From the IMG/VR virus record IMGVR_UViG_3300021431_000075, positions 128,001-192,000 of that record: DNA of 64,000 bases. One strand, written 5' to 3'. Position 1 is the first letter of the stretch. Every line of letters starts with the position of its first letter. Origin of the DNA: a virus (taxonomy: Duplodnaviria; Caudoviricetes). Below the pieces are notes generated by a model. The model made no database searches. It was not told the DNA's origin and was given only the letters and a program-made list of their open reading frames with translations. The translations under genes were made by a program, and so were the position numbers. This document shows, piece by piece, positions 29,626 through 39,453 of the stretch.

Positions 29626-29949
29626 ATGATTGACAAATCAACGAAATATGATAAATTCATCTCTTTCTTCAAAGAGAAATTCAAGAAAGGTGACAACGTG
29701 ATTGTCAGCAGGATCGATATGGAGAAAAACTTTCCTGAACTCAAAACCGAACCAACCGAAGAAGATGAAAACAACATAAGGAATTCCATCATTTTCGCCA
29801 TTCAGCATATCGAAGCACATGGCTACGAAAGAATAAACAACGTGGAAATCTCTGACATTTACGACTGGCTTAACAAGAAACCGTCAATCATGAACTGCAA
29901 TACAAGCAGAAACGGTTACAAAAAGTCAAAAAGAAAAAATTCATGTTAA
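29626..29949 (+). CDS. hypothetical protein (FPELK..EDE..IR..II motif)
   Basis: Shares short helical motifs with 15507, 23367 and 31415. Confidence 0.75.
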   Translation: MIDKSTKYDKFISFFKEKFKKGDNVIVSRIDMEKNFPELKTEPTEEDENNIRNSIIFAIQHIEAHGYERINNVEISDIYDWLNKKPSIMNCNTSRNGYKKSKRKNSC

Positions 29950-29983
29950 AATCACAAAACGCCATTCAAAAACAATAATTAAA

Positions 29984-31291
29984 ATGAAAACCGATAACGA
30001 ATATCTTGAACGAGCAAGAGAAATCATTTCAACTGCCGACATAAGGGACAACAGCATTGCAATAATGGCAATCAAATATATATTCCCTGAACTCAATCAA
30101 GAGAATACAGGTGATGATGCAAAAAATCCGAAAAATGCAAGTGATGATGCAAAAAGCAGAAACCATAAAGACAACCGTGTTTTCCCAGTAATCGCAAGAG
30201 AGAACAAGACTGGAAAACTCATAATCATCAACGGCGGACAGCTTGACGACTGTTCAGACGAATATATCAAATATGTATCCGATGACGGTTATCATGTGTA
30301 CAATCCAGATGAAATCATATTCTATGACGAATGCGAGAACGATTCAGAGAAAAAGAAAGAAACCGGCGACTTCAATGTAGGAGACTGGATTGTAGAAGAA
30401 CTATCCGGAGAATGGCTTGTTGTGACTGATGAAAAGCAATTCACATACACAGCAGAGACCATCAGCGGAAAGCAATTCATCATCCAGAAAGACAGAACAA
30501 AACATAACGGTTATCACAGATGGACGCTGGATGACGCAAGCTCCGGAGATGTTCTTGCAGACTATGTTCAGAACTGTGACAATCCGCTCATCTTCATCTT
30601 AAAGGACTTCAAGCATATCAAGTACAATCTTGTCAAGGAATCTGACTACCACTCTTTCTGCTATCTCAAAGCCAATGAAAGACAGCAGTTCTGTACAGGC
30701 AGCTGGCATCACATCCATGACTTGAAACCCGCTACTGCAAAGCAGCAAGAACTTCTGTTCAACAAAATGAAAGAAGCTGGTTATTCTTGGAAACCTGACA
30801 CTCTCGAATTGACAAAAACAAAACTTGAAACGAAGTTTAAGATTGGCGACTGGATTACTGATAGACAAACTACTGTACAAATTTCCGAAATAGATAACAC
30901 TATTGATGGTTGTTACCGTTGCATTAACGGAAACCACGGATTTGGCACATTTGTTATTGAAATTGCAAAAGCAGACGAAACATTTCATATTTGGACAATA
31001 GAAGATGCCAAAACTGGAGATGTGCTTGCAACAAAATATGCTATTTTTATTTTTAAGCATATGGATATAGCAAGATTAAGTCTTTTTAGTGTATGCAGGT
31101 CATATTGCGAAGTGATAGGTGATTCTGAATTAAGCTTGGGATTTGATTTTCCTCTAAATGACATTCACCCAGCACCAGCAACTAAAGAACAGAAAAATCA
31201 GTTATTCAAAAAAATAAAAGATGCTGGTTATGAATGGAATCCGGTTACTCTCAAATTGACAAAAAATGAACTCTGGATAGTCTCGAATTGA
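29984..31291 (+). CDS. modular repeat-family protein (2 modules)
   Basis: RWTLDDASSGD, IWTIEDAKTGD. Confidence 0.85.
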   Translation: MKTDNEYLERAREIISTADIRDNSIAIMAIKYIFPELNQENTGDDAKNPKNASDDAKSRNHKDNRVFPVIARENKTGKLIIINGGQLDDCSDEYIKYVSDDGYHVYNPDEIIFYDECENDSEKKKETGDFNVGDWIVEELSGEWLVVTDEKQFTYTAETISGKQFIIQKDRTKHNGYHRWTLDDASSGDVLADYVQNCDNPLIFILKDFKHIKYNLVKESDYHSFCYLKANERQQFCTGSWHHIHDLKPATAKQQELLFNKMKEAGYSWKPDTLELTKTKLETKFKIGDWITDRQTTVQISEIDNTIDGCYRCINGNHGFGTFVIEIAKADETFHIWTIEDAKTGDVLATKYAIFIFKHMDIARLSLFSVCRSYCEVIGDSELSLGFDFPLNDIHPAPATKEQKNQLFKKIKDAGYEWNPVTLKLTKNELWIVSN

Positions 31292-31414
31292 CAAGAAATG
31301 AACAAAATCTCAACCACAAACAAATCTGTCAAAGATAGTTATTCAGAATAAATTCGATTAAAACGAGAACAAATATCAAAGATATAAAAATGAAATTAAA
31401 ATCAATTCATAACT

Positions 31415-33172
31415 ATGAGCAAAAAAGATGAAATCCCTTTTGGTACATTTGATAGCGGACTTCAAGAACAGGAATTTTGTATTCCGGATGGATTTGAGGC
31501 AAGCATTGAAAACGGAAAAATTGTCCTTCATAAAATAGAGAGTAAGGATGAAAAGATAAGGAAAGCAATAGTAGAGTTTTTTGAACTCCAAGATGACAAC
31601 ACTACTTATTCTTTTATCCCAAAGAAAGATATTCTTGCTTGGCTCGAAAAGCAAAACCATGATGGCAAAAAGTGGATTTATGAAGATGTATATCTAAAAG
31701 AAAAGGAGCAACTGATTCAAGATGGTATAGATGAAGTGTTGGAAAATCCACAAAAGTATGGTCTTGACAAGCAAGGTAAATACGAGACTATTTGGAAACC
31801 GACAATAGAGCAAATAAATGCTCTTACTCATTTTATCAGAAGTGTTGGAGAAAGTGGCTATGCTTCTCCATATGACCAAAATACAAAGTTGCTTTATTCT
31901 TTATTAACGGATTTACAAGTTCTTCAAAAGCAAGGTGAGCAAAAGGAAATAAACCTTGTTGAGATATTAAAAAATTATCCGAATGAAACAGAACTATATT
32001 CTCCATTATATGGTAAACTTTGGCTTGCAGAAGTTGATGAAAAAAATGGAATAATTACGTGTTACAAGCAACCTTTAAATAAAGGTTGCACAAGAGCAAT
32101 ATTAGAACAAGAAGATACAGTATCTTTTTATTCTAATGGCACTACAGGACTGCCTGATTATAATGTTTCAAAAGATTGTATGCTGTTTGTTTATGATGTT
32201 GGAAATAAAGGAGAGCAAAAGCCTGTCAATGATACAGATGAAGATATTGTTGAAGCAGTCAAAAGAACTTCCATTCTTGATTTGGTTGAGCCAAAGTTCC
32301 ATGAAGGTAATTGGGTTGTACAAAAAAATAGTGGAGTCTATAAGGTTATTGAGATATGCAAATCTTGGTATGAAGTAATTGATTTCGAAGATAATCATTA
32401 TTCGATTTCTTTTGATAAAGAGCATATGTGTCATCTTTGGTCAATACATGATGCTAAGGACGGTGATATTCTTGCATGCAATGGAAGCATATTCATCTTT
32501 AAAGAAGAATATATGGCAGGAAAGCCTACTGCTTATTGCGGTTTAATTAATGGTGTTTTTCATGTAAGTACTTTAAGTTGTTGGACAAATGAAAAATGCT
32601 ATCCAGCAACAAAAGAGCAACAAGATTTACTCTTCTCCAAAATGAAGGCATCAGGATGGTCTTGGAATCCAACAACAAAAGAACTTAGTCAATCAAGAGT
32701 GACTAAGATAAGTGATAAAGATAGAATAGCAACAGATATTGCCATCAAGGCACTCAATCATAATACCGTAAATGATTCTTATTGCAAAGAAAATTGCAAA
32801 GGATATCAAGAAACGGGAAAATGTTATGCCGATTGGGCTTGCGAAGCCAAAAGAAAGGCAGATGTTGTTAAACCGATTTTCAAGGTCGGTGATGAGGTAT
32901 ATAACAAATTTGACAAATCACTTGCTCACGTTATCATCGAATACGTTGACGAATCCACATATTATGGCGATACAACAAACTTTGACATTATTGACCAAGA
33001 CCAATGGGGAATCGTTAGAAGTTGTGAGAATTGCAAATGCGGACACTATGATTACCCTACTGTGTCATGTTATCTTCATAAAGATTGTGGCGGTGACGAA
33101 CCTATTATAATTCATGATGATGACTTTGTAGAGACTGCAATGAACTGTAAAGAGTTTGAACAAGAAAATTAA
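31415..33172 (+). CDS. mosaic repeat-family protein (1 module plus several small domains)
   Basis: SKDEKIRKAI, WKPTIEQ, INLVEILK...LYSPLYG, LWSIHDAKDGD, Cys-rich tail. Confidence 0.85.
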   Translation: MSKKDEIPFGTFDSGLQEQEFCIPDGFEASIENGKIVLHKIESKDEKIRKAIVEFFELQDDNTTYSFIPKKDILAWLEKQNHDGKKWIYEDVYLKEKEQLIQDGIDEVLENPQKYGLDKQGKYETIWKPTIEQINALTHFIRSVGESGYASPYDQNTKLLYSLLTDLQVLQKQGEQKEINLVEILKNYPNETELYSPLYGKLWLAEVDEKNGIITCYKQPLNKGCTRAILEQEDTVSFYSNGTTGLPDYNVSKDCMLFVYDVGNKGEQKPVNDTDEDIVEAVKRTSILDLVEPKFHEGNWVVQKNSGVYKVIEICKSWYEVIDFEDNHYSISFDKEHMCHLWSIHDAKDGDILACNGSIFIFKEEYMAGKPTAYCGLINGVFHVSTLSCWTNEKCYPATKEQQDLLFSKMKASGWSWNPTTKELSQSRVTKISDKDRIATDIAIKALNHNTVNDSYCKENCKGYQETGKCYADWACEAKRKADVVKPIFKVGDEVYNKFDKSLAHVIIEYVDESTYYGDTTNFDIIDQDQWGIVRSCENCKCGHYDYPTVSCYLHKDCGGDEPIIIHDDDFVETAMNCKEFEQEN

Positions 33173-33239
33173 AACGAGAAAGATTATGGCAGATGATTTG
33201 CAAATTACATAAACAAAACTTTTATAACGAGAATAAGTT

Positions 33240-33425
33240 ATGACACAAAATAAAGATTTATGCAAAACATGTAAACATTATTGGCAGGATTTTCCATTGC
33301 CATTAGAGTCAGTGACATCTCATTGTGAAATACTTGATAGCAAAAAAGGACTATCTGCTAATATGGATGATGAAGTGCCATATCCTTGTGTAGAATGCCC
33401 ATTTAATTCATACATTAAAAAATGA
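33240..33425 (+). CDS. small Cys-rich protein
   Basis: CKTCKHYW...C...YPCVECPF. Confidence 0.65.
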   Translation: MTQNKDLCKTCKHYWQDFPLPLESVTSHCEILDSKKGLSANMDDEVPYPCVECPFNSYIKK

Positions 33426-33751
33426 AAATTACAACACAGTTTATCGACAAAGACGCTTTAATAGCAGAGATAGAAAAAGCAATAGACGAACCAGCACCTT
33501 CACATGACCAACAATGTCCTTGGGAAGATGGATATTATTGCGGTCTAAATAAGGCGGAGTCTATAATTGACAGCCTTGAAGTGAAAGAAGCGAAAGATGT
33601 GGACTTAAAAAAAGAGATTTATGAAGCGGAAAAAAGATTCGGAGATATAGACGAAATGGGTGGCTATAGAATTCTAATATTTGATGATGAGTTCCGTGAT
33701 ATTCTACATCATTTCTTTGAACTTGGTCGTAAATCACAGAAAGGAGAATAA
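33422..33751 (+). CDS. hypothetical protein (IDKDALIAEIE N-tag, HFFELG C-motif)
   Basis: Coupled ORF; motifs shared with 34026 and 40243. Confidence 0.75.
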   Translation: MKITTQFIDKDALIAEIEKAIDEPAPSHDQQCPWEDGYYCGLNKAESIIDSLEVKEAKDVDLKKEIYEAEKRFGDIDEMGGYRILIFDDEFRDILHHFFELGRKSQKGE

Positions 33752-33853
33752 TATATGAGCGATATGAGCGATGAAATGTGCGGAAAAAACTGTTTGTTTC
33801 CGTTGATTATTTTTATCAGTTCGATTATTGGACTTTGTGTATATAATTTTTAG

Positions 33854-34000
33854 GTGTTCATCCAGCAACCAAAGAACAACAAGTACTTCTCAGTAAAATG
33901 AAAGAATCTGGTTACGAATGGAATGCAGATACTCTTGAAATGTCAAAAACAAAACTTGAAACGAAGTTTAAGATTGGCGATTGAATCACTGATGGATTTT
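33854..34000 (+). pseudogene. orphan fragment of the repeat module
   Basis: GVHPATKEQQVLLSKMKESGYEWNADTLEMSKTKLETKFKIGD*ITDG; DNA resembles 30770-30862; no start codon. Confidence 0.7.
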
Positions 34001-34025
34001 GCCAATCATTAAAAAATTTTAAGAT

Positions 34026-34301
34026 ATGGAAATACCCGATAAGATTTATATTTCTTGCGAAACAGATGAAGATGAGAATCTGTTTCTTAATTACATGTGG
34101 CACAGGCATCCGTTTGAAAATATGAAAAACATCGAATATGTCCGCAGCGGATTGCTAAAGGAAATAGACTTTGAAAAAGAATTAAAATCATGGATAGACA
34201 AAAACACATGCAACAACGGTTATTGCTCGGCATCTATCCATGACACAGCAGAGCATTTCTTTGAACTTGCTCTTAATGCAATCCATAAGCAAAAAGCATA
34301 G
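34026..34301 (+). CDS. hypothetical protein (PDKIY...IEYVR; HFFELA)
   Basis: 91-aa ORF. Confidence 0.7.
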   Translation: MEIPDKIYISCETDEDENLFLNYMWHRHPFENMKNIEYVRSGLLKEIDFEKELKSWIDKNTCNNGYCSASIHDTAEHFFELALNAIHKQKA

Positions 34302-34337
34302 CGAAGTCCAAAGAAAACAATTTTAGCATTACTCATT

Positions 34338-35063
34338 ATGGAAACAATAGACAAGAACAAACTTCTTGAAATCATAGAAGAAAGAATGCAGGAACTGCGT
34401 CCGACAAACACCGGGAAGATGCAGACCGGAGAAAGAATAGACAACGACACTCTCATGTGGCTGAACGCGCTGACATGGGTCAAGAAGAAAATCAGTGACA
34501 TTTCATCCAAACAAACAAGCAGCACAGATTCATCAATCAAGATTCCAAAGCCTGTGCTTGATGAAATCAAATTCGATAAATGGATTATTAACAAGGGAAA
34601 TCCGATTAAGATTGTCGGGGGCGTGGGAAATGAGTATGTTGCTGTTGATACAACCGGCAAAGTCCGCGGAATTTTTCCAGAAGAACTTAGGAAATATAGA
34701 CCATGGACTATCGAAGATGCAAGACACGGAGAACTGATATTCAACGAAAGATGGCACAAGATATTCATTCTTGATTCATTCGATAAAGAAACTGTGACTG
34801 CAAGCATATCTTATGTTCAGAACGGAGCAGTTTCCAAGTTCGACCAGTTTCCGAAATATGAGCCGTTCTCTCCTGCTTCGAAAAAGCAACAAGACGAGTT
34901 CTACAACGTGCTTGAAACATATTTGTTAAACAAGCATTTGGAGAAAGAATGCGACAAGAAATGAACAATTAAGGATGCAAAGACCAATGACTTGATTTTC
35001 AACAAGACAATGAACCGGTTATTCATTTTCTCGCACATCGGTTCGAAATTCATAAATGCAGGC
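34338..35063 (+). pseudogene. repeat-family gene, 5' part (ORF 34338..34964; second module broken by TGA and an insertion)
   Basis: After TGA 34962-34964 the frame continues TIKDAKTNDLIF...FINAG up to the insertion. Confidence 0.75.
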
Positions 35064-36788
35064 ATGATGTAACTTTCATGTAACATTTTGTGTCAAGTTG
35101 TTCTTTTTGAAAGAAATCTTCTTGGCATAAATTTTATTAGACAAAAGTTTGGAGACAACTGGCTGACAAGCAGACAGAGAGACGCGATACATGATTTTCG
35201 AGTCTGCTTTTAGAGCATAGTAGATTTTCCTCAAGTCTATTTCAGAGTTCTTCAAGTTAAATACTTCCATCGTTCGCTCTATCTGTTCTCTGAAGTCGTT
35301 GACATCAGGAAATACTATGTTCTTTGTTTTTGCAAAATCACTTGCAATATACTGGTGGTAGAACTCGTAAGTCCTTCTTCCTATTTCGATTGATGCAAGG
35401 CACATGTCTGCATAGCCACAATCCCTGAACACGAAGTTGCCTACGAAGCTGCTGTACTCGCACATCACTTCCAAGCATTCTATGTTGTTCTCTGCACATT
35501 TCTTTCTTAAATTGTTGATTAGTGGTCTGCGGAGCCACATGTTGTTTATCAATCTATTGTAATTGGTTCCTTTCTTGTTGTCCTTTGTTACGATTGCAAG
35601 TTGCTCGTAGCCGAACAGAGAACAACCGTAGTGAACTGCTATGCTTATTAAAGTTTTGGATATGAGAAATATCTCGTTGTATCTTTCATTTGTTAACTTC
35701 TTTCTCTTTCTATGACTGCTTGGAAGATGCTGTTCTTTCAGTGCATTTTCTGCGTCATTAAGGTCCTTGATTGTAATAGTATTTGATTCTACTATATGGA
35801 AGTCTCCGTGCGATTTCCAGTCAACAACACTCCAACCCACATAGTTAGGATTCAAGTCTATCGCAAGAACTCTATCTTGAATCTGCTTCGGTCTGTTTTC
35901 TATCTTGACGTTCTTGTACAGTTCTTTGACTTTGTATGATATATAAACGAAGTTAGCATCAATCTTGTAAGTGATAGGCATGTCACCTGCAACCTGATGC
36001 TCATAGAGCAGTCTTATAATCTTGAGATAATTCTTCGATAGCCTTGCAGAGAACTTAACTTCCATCCAATTCTTGTCAGACATCTTTATTCTAACTCCGC
36101 TCAAGTCATCAAGCAATCTGAACTTCCTGTTGCAGTGAACTTTCATTGTCCCTGAGTCTGCCGTTCCTATACAGACGAACGGAGAGAGCCTGCTTGCTCT
36201 CAGTTCGTCCTTCGAAACCTTGCCGCTTCTGTATTCGTTCATCAGTGACTTGCCGCCGAAGCAAGTCCGTATCTTCTTCTCGCTTGACTTCTGAAGTTCC
36301 TTCTCCGTTTCATATATTGCATTGCCTTCATATACGGCAGACTGTTTAAGCCAAGAATCAAGCAAGTCTATGTCATTGTAGTTGTCAAATGAATTAAACT
36401 TTACAGAAAGTCCTTTTTCATATTTCTTGAACGCGGACCGTATTATGTGCGTCTGCTGTCTCTGCAAATCGGAAATCAACATACGTTCTTCGGTTGAACT
36501 GTATTCAACCGGAATCTTTATCGTGCTGTATGTATCTTTCTGGTTTTTTGACATATTATAATGCTTTGAATGACATAGTATTTATCTTTAAAATAGTTCA
36601 ACATGAAGATTATCAAATGAATTTTATGTTAAAAACAATTAAAAATCAATCTGTATATATATTTTTTTTCAGATTATTATTGCATATTGTTTATTTAATC
36701 ATTATCTTTGCATTGTGATACGAATTCATTAAAAATGATAATATGTTTATATTTTATAATATAAAGAATAAAAAATAATTTATGAATT
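35064..36788 (-). mobile_element. non-autonomous TnpB-only insertion element
   Basis: Deleting 35064..36788 rejoins AAT GCA GGC|ATA ACA TAT GAC (NAG-ITYD) in frame; minus-strand target TTAT, element end TCAT. Confidence 0.85.
35076..36554 (-). CDS. tnpB: TnpB-related RuvC protein lacking the CxxC Zn finger
   Basis: RuvC-I VLAIDLNPNYVGWSV, RuvC-II FGYEQL, YSSFVGN, RuvC-III ADMCLASIEIGRR. Confidence 0.8.
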   Translation of the reverse strand: MSKNQKDTYSTIKIPVEYSSTEERMLISDLQRQQTHIIRSAFKKYEKGLSVKFNSFDNYNDIDLLDSWLKQSAVYEGNAIYETEKELQKSSEKKIRTCFGGKSLMNEYRSGKVSKDELRASRLSPFVCIGTADSGTMKVHCNRKFRLLDDLSGVRIKMSDKNWMEVKFSARLSKNYLKIIRLLYEHQVAGDMPITYKIDANFVYISYKVKELYKNVKIENRPKQIQDRVLAIDLNPNYVGWSVVDWKSHGDFHIVESNTITIKDLNDAENALKEQHLPSSHRKRKKLTNERYNEIFLISKTLISIAVHYGCSLFGYEQLAIVTKDNKKGTNYNRLINNMWLRRPLINNLRKKCAENNIECLEVMCEYSSFVGNFVFRDCGYADMCLASIEIGRRTYEFYHQYIASDFAKTKNIVFPDVNDFREQIERTMEVFNLKNSEIDLRKIYYALKADSKIMYRVSLSACQPVVSKLLSNKIYAKKISFKKNNLTQNVT

Positions 36789-36935
36789 ATAACATATGAC
36801 TGCAGTCTTGATTCATTTGAAAACGAAAGCGTTTTCTCAAAGCAAGACGAGTTCTTCCCTGCAACAAAAAGCCAGTTCAATATGTTCCATGACAAGTTGC
36901 TTGACAAGCACTTTCCAAACAATCAAAACCAATAA
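36789..36935 (+). pseudogene. 3' remnant of the gene split by the 35064..36788 element
   Basis: ITYDCSLDSFENESVFSKQDEFFPATKSQFNMFHDKLL completes a module. Confidence 0.75.
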
Positions 36936-36942
36936 GAAAGAA

Positions 36943-39453
36943 ATGAAGAAACTAATAGACAAAGAAAAAGTCGTATCTGAAATAAAGAGAAGGATACGAA
37001 TACTTGAAGATACTATCAACAAACCGGATACTCTCCAGTTTCTCAAGTCTGCTTTGGGATATGAAGTTGAAAGATACAAATCCCTGATTTCGTATCTTGA
37101 TACGATGGAAACGACAGACGATCTTGAAAATATGATTCTTGAACTTCCGGAGTCGATTGCAAATCCGAAAAACCATCAAATTTATCAGTTGTCAATTTAT
37201 CATTATGACAGAAGCTGCTGTGTAGACTATGTCGGAGAACTGGAACATGACTCGCTGGTTTGCTTTGCGGAAAGTACATTTGCAAAAGCGGCAGACAAGA
37301 TGAAAAACTGGATAAAAGAAAACAAGATAGACAAGCATCTGCAGATTCCTGATGAATATGATGTCGTGAACACAACCGGTCAAGAACAAAATAATCTAAA
37401 TTTTGACGAGGTTGAAAAATTCATGATGAATACAAATGCTGAAAACCTTGAAGTCAAGAAAGGCAAATCGTACATTTGTATAGAAGACTGGAAGAAGCGC
37501 GGCACATCATTCACAAAAGGCAAGATATACGTTTGCCATAAAGACAGATGCATGTATGATGATTTCGGAGCAGAGAAAGCATCAGTCAGCAAGTTGTTCC
37601 GTCTTGCAACAAAAGAAGAGATAAAAAAGTCAAAAGCTTTCAGAAAAGGAGACTGGATTGTACTGCTTACAGAAGGCAATGACAACATCACTGTTCAAAT
37701 CATGGATGTTGAAGTGACATCGGACAAAGAAACCCGATACTGGATCTCCGACAACAAACTCAATATGAGATGGTTTGATGACAAATCAATCGCAAGACCA
37801 TGGAACATAAAATTTGATGCAAAAGACGGCGACATTCTCTGCACATATGAATGCGAAGAACCGAAAATCGTGTTCATTCTAAAGGGAAATCCGCATCCGT
37901 TGAGACCGTGCGTGTTAAGTTACTACTGCTACTACAACATCATGTATCCATATTTCGACCCAGGAATCGAAAAGGGTTGTCTTGCTCCCAATGATGAAGA
38001 TGTGAAACCTGCTACAAAAGAGCAGCGTGACACTCTCTTTGCAAAGATGAAAAATTCTGGTTATGAATGGGACGGTGATACAAAGAAGTTGATGGAAATT
38101 GAGCAGAAACCTGCTGATAAGGTTGAGCCAAAGTTTCATGAAGGAGACTGGGCTGTTTCTAATTTAGACGGAAATGCAAGACAAATTTCTGAAGTTCACT
38201 TTGACGAATATAATAGTTATTATGTTGTTGAAGGAAAATCTGTTAATTTAGAAGAATATGATAGACTACACCATCTTTGGACTATTGCTGATGCACAGGA
38301 CGGAGATGTGCTTAGTGATGGAACTACTATTTTTATATTCAAAAACTTACTATCAGACGGTTCAGTTATGTCATATTGTGACTATGATACAGATAGTAAT
38401 GAGAGCGATGCTTTCTGCCCATTATCGGTGAATTTGATATGTTCAAAAATTACTCCTGCGACCAAAGAACAGCATAATACTCTTGAAAAAGCAATGGTTG
38501 ATGCAGGATATACCTTTGACTTTGAAAAGAAAGAAATGAAGAAGATTGAACAGAAGCCTGCTGATAAACCTGAACATAAGTTTAAAGTTGGCAATTGGAT
38601 TACAAATGGCCATTGTACGTGTCAAATTACATTTATTGATAGTCGTTATTGGTATTCAAAACATTGTGTATTAGGTGATATTACATCTATTGATAAAACT
38701 TTCCATCTTTGGTCAATAAATGATGCACAGGACGGTGATGTACTTGCAACAGAACCGATTGATAGTTATAAATCTCCGTTTGTCGCCATTTATAAAAATC
38801 ATGGTCTTGATTTCTTTAATTCATATTGCTTTATTTGTTTTGATGGCAAATTTTATGAAGCAGGGACAGGACATTCAATAGAAAATATTCATCCTGCTAC
38901 AAAAGAGCAGCGTGACACTCTCTTTGCAAAGATGAAAGAAGCAAGTTATGAATGGGACGGTGATACAAAGGAGTTGATGGAGATTGAGCAGAAACAAGCA
39001 ATAGATTATCCAGATAGTCTTCCAAAAGACAACTGTGAACTTGTTCATGAATTCATTGAGAATTTTGGTAGAATGCCGGAAGATGAAGATGAACTAAACG
39101 TTCTTGTGGAATATGTCTTAAAGAGGCAGAAACCTGCTGAATGGAGTGAAGATGATGAAAGAATATGTCAATGCATTATCAAAGAACAAGAAGAAGCTCT
39201 TGTTGAAGTAAGAAATGACAAATATGGTCATTCAGAAATCATTTCAGATCTAAAGGAAATGTATCGTGAAAGAATCGATTGGCTCAAAAATCGCAAAAAC
39301 AGAACACTTCCGCAGCAAAAACAAGAATGGAGTGAAGACGACGAACAGAAATTTAGAGATGTAATCAGACTCATTGAACAAGGGGCGACTGTTCAATCAA
39401 TAAGAAACCATTATATAAATTGGTTCAAATCTCTCAGACAAAGGATAGGATAG
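36943..39453 (+). CDS. modular repeat-family protein (3 modules plus helical tails)
   Basis: Start MKKLIDKEKV at 36943; PWNIKFDAKDGD, LWTIADAQDGD, LWSINDAQDGD; EWSEDDE repeats; frame stays open past the TAG to 39558. Confidence 0.85.
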   Translation: MKKLIDKEKVVSEIKRRIRILEDTINKPDTLQFLKSALGYEVERYKSLISYLDTMETTDDLENMILELPESIANPKNHQIYQLSIYHYDRSCCVDYVGELEHDSLVCFAESTFAKAADKMKNWIKENKIDKHLQIPDEYDVVNTTGQEQNNLNFDEVEKFMMNTNAENLEVKKGKSYICIEDWKKRGTSFTKGKIYVCHKDRCMYDDFGAEKASVSKLFRLATKEEIKKSKAFRKGDWIVLLTEGNDNITVQIMDVEVTSDKETRYWISDNKLNMRWFDDKSIARPWNIKFDAKDGDILCTYECEEPKIVFILKGNPHPLRPCVLSYYCYYNIMYPYFDPGIEKGCLAPNDEDVKPATKEQRDTLFAKMKNSGYEWDGDTKKLMEIEQKPADKVEPKFHEGDWAVSNLDGNARQISEVHFDEYNSYYVVEGKSVNLEEYDRLHHLWTIADAQDGDVLSDGTTIFIFKNLLSDGSVMSYCDYDTDSNESDAFCPLSVNLICSKITPATKEQHNTLEKAMVDAGYTFDFEKKEMKKIEQKPADKPEHKFKVGNWITNGHCTCQITFIDSRYWYSKHCVLGDITSIDKTFHLWSINDAQDGDVLATEPIDSYKSPFVAIYKNHGLDFFNSYCFICFDGKFYEAGTGHSIENIHPATKEQRDTLFAKMKEASYEWDGDTKELMEIEQKQAIDYPDSLPKDNCELVHEFIENFGRMPEDEDELNVLVEYVLKRQKPAEWSEDDERICQCIIKEQEEALVEVRNDKYGHSEIISDLKEMYRERIDWLKNRKNRTLPQQKQEWSEDDEQKFRDVIRLIEQGATVQSIRNHYINWFKSLRQRIG

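Noticed and set aside
35064-36788. Type V CRISPR locus around the TnpB-like gene
   Set aside because: No repeat-spacer array nearby or anywhere in the window that I could see; the flanks are the two halves of a split gene.
36796-36942. N-terminal 49 aa of the 885-aa ORF in the track
   Set aside because: This DNA encodes the remnant of the upstream split gene in another frame; the credible start is 36943.
15507-39453. Diversity-generating retroelement as the cause of the duplicated blocks
   Set aside because: No reverse transcriptase in the window, and the differences in the 117-bp pair are C/T at synonymous sites rather than adenine-specific.
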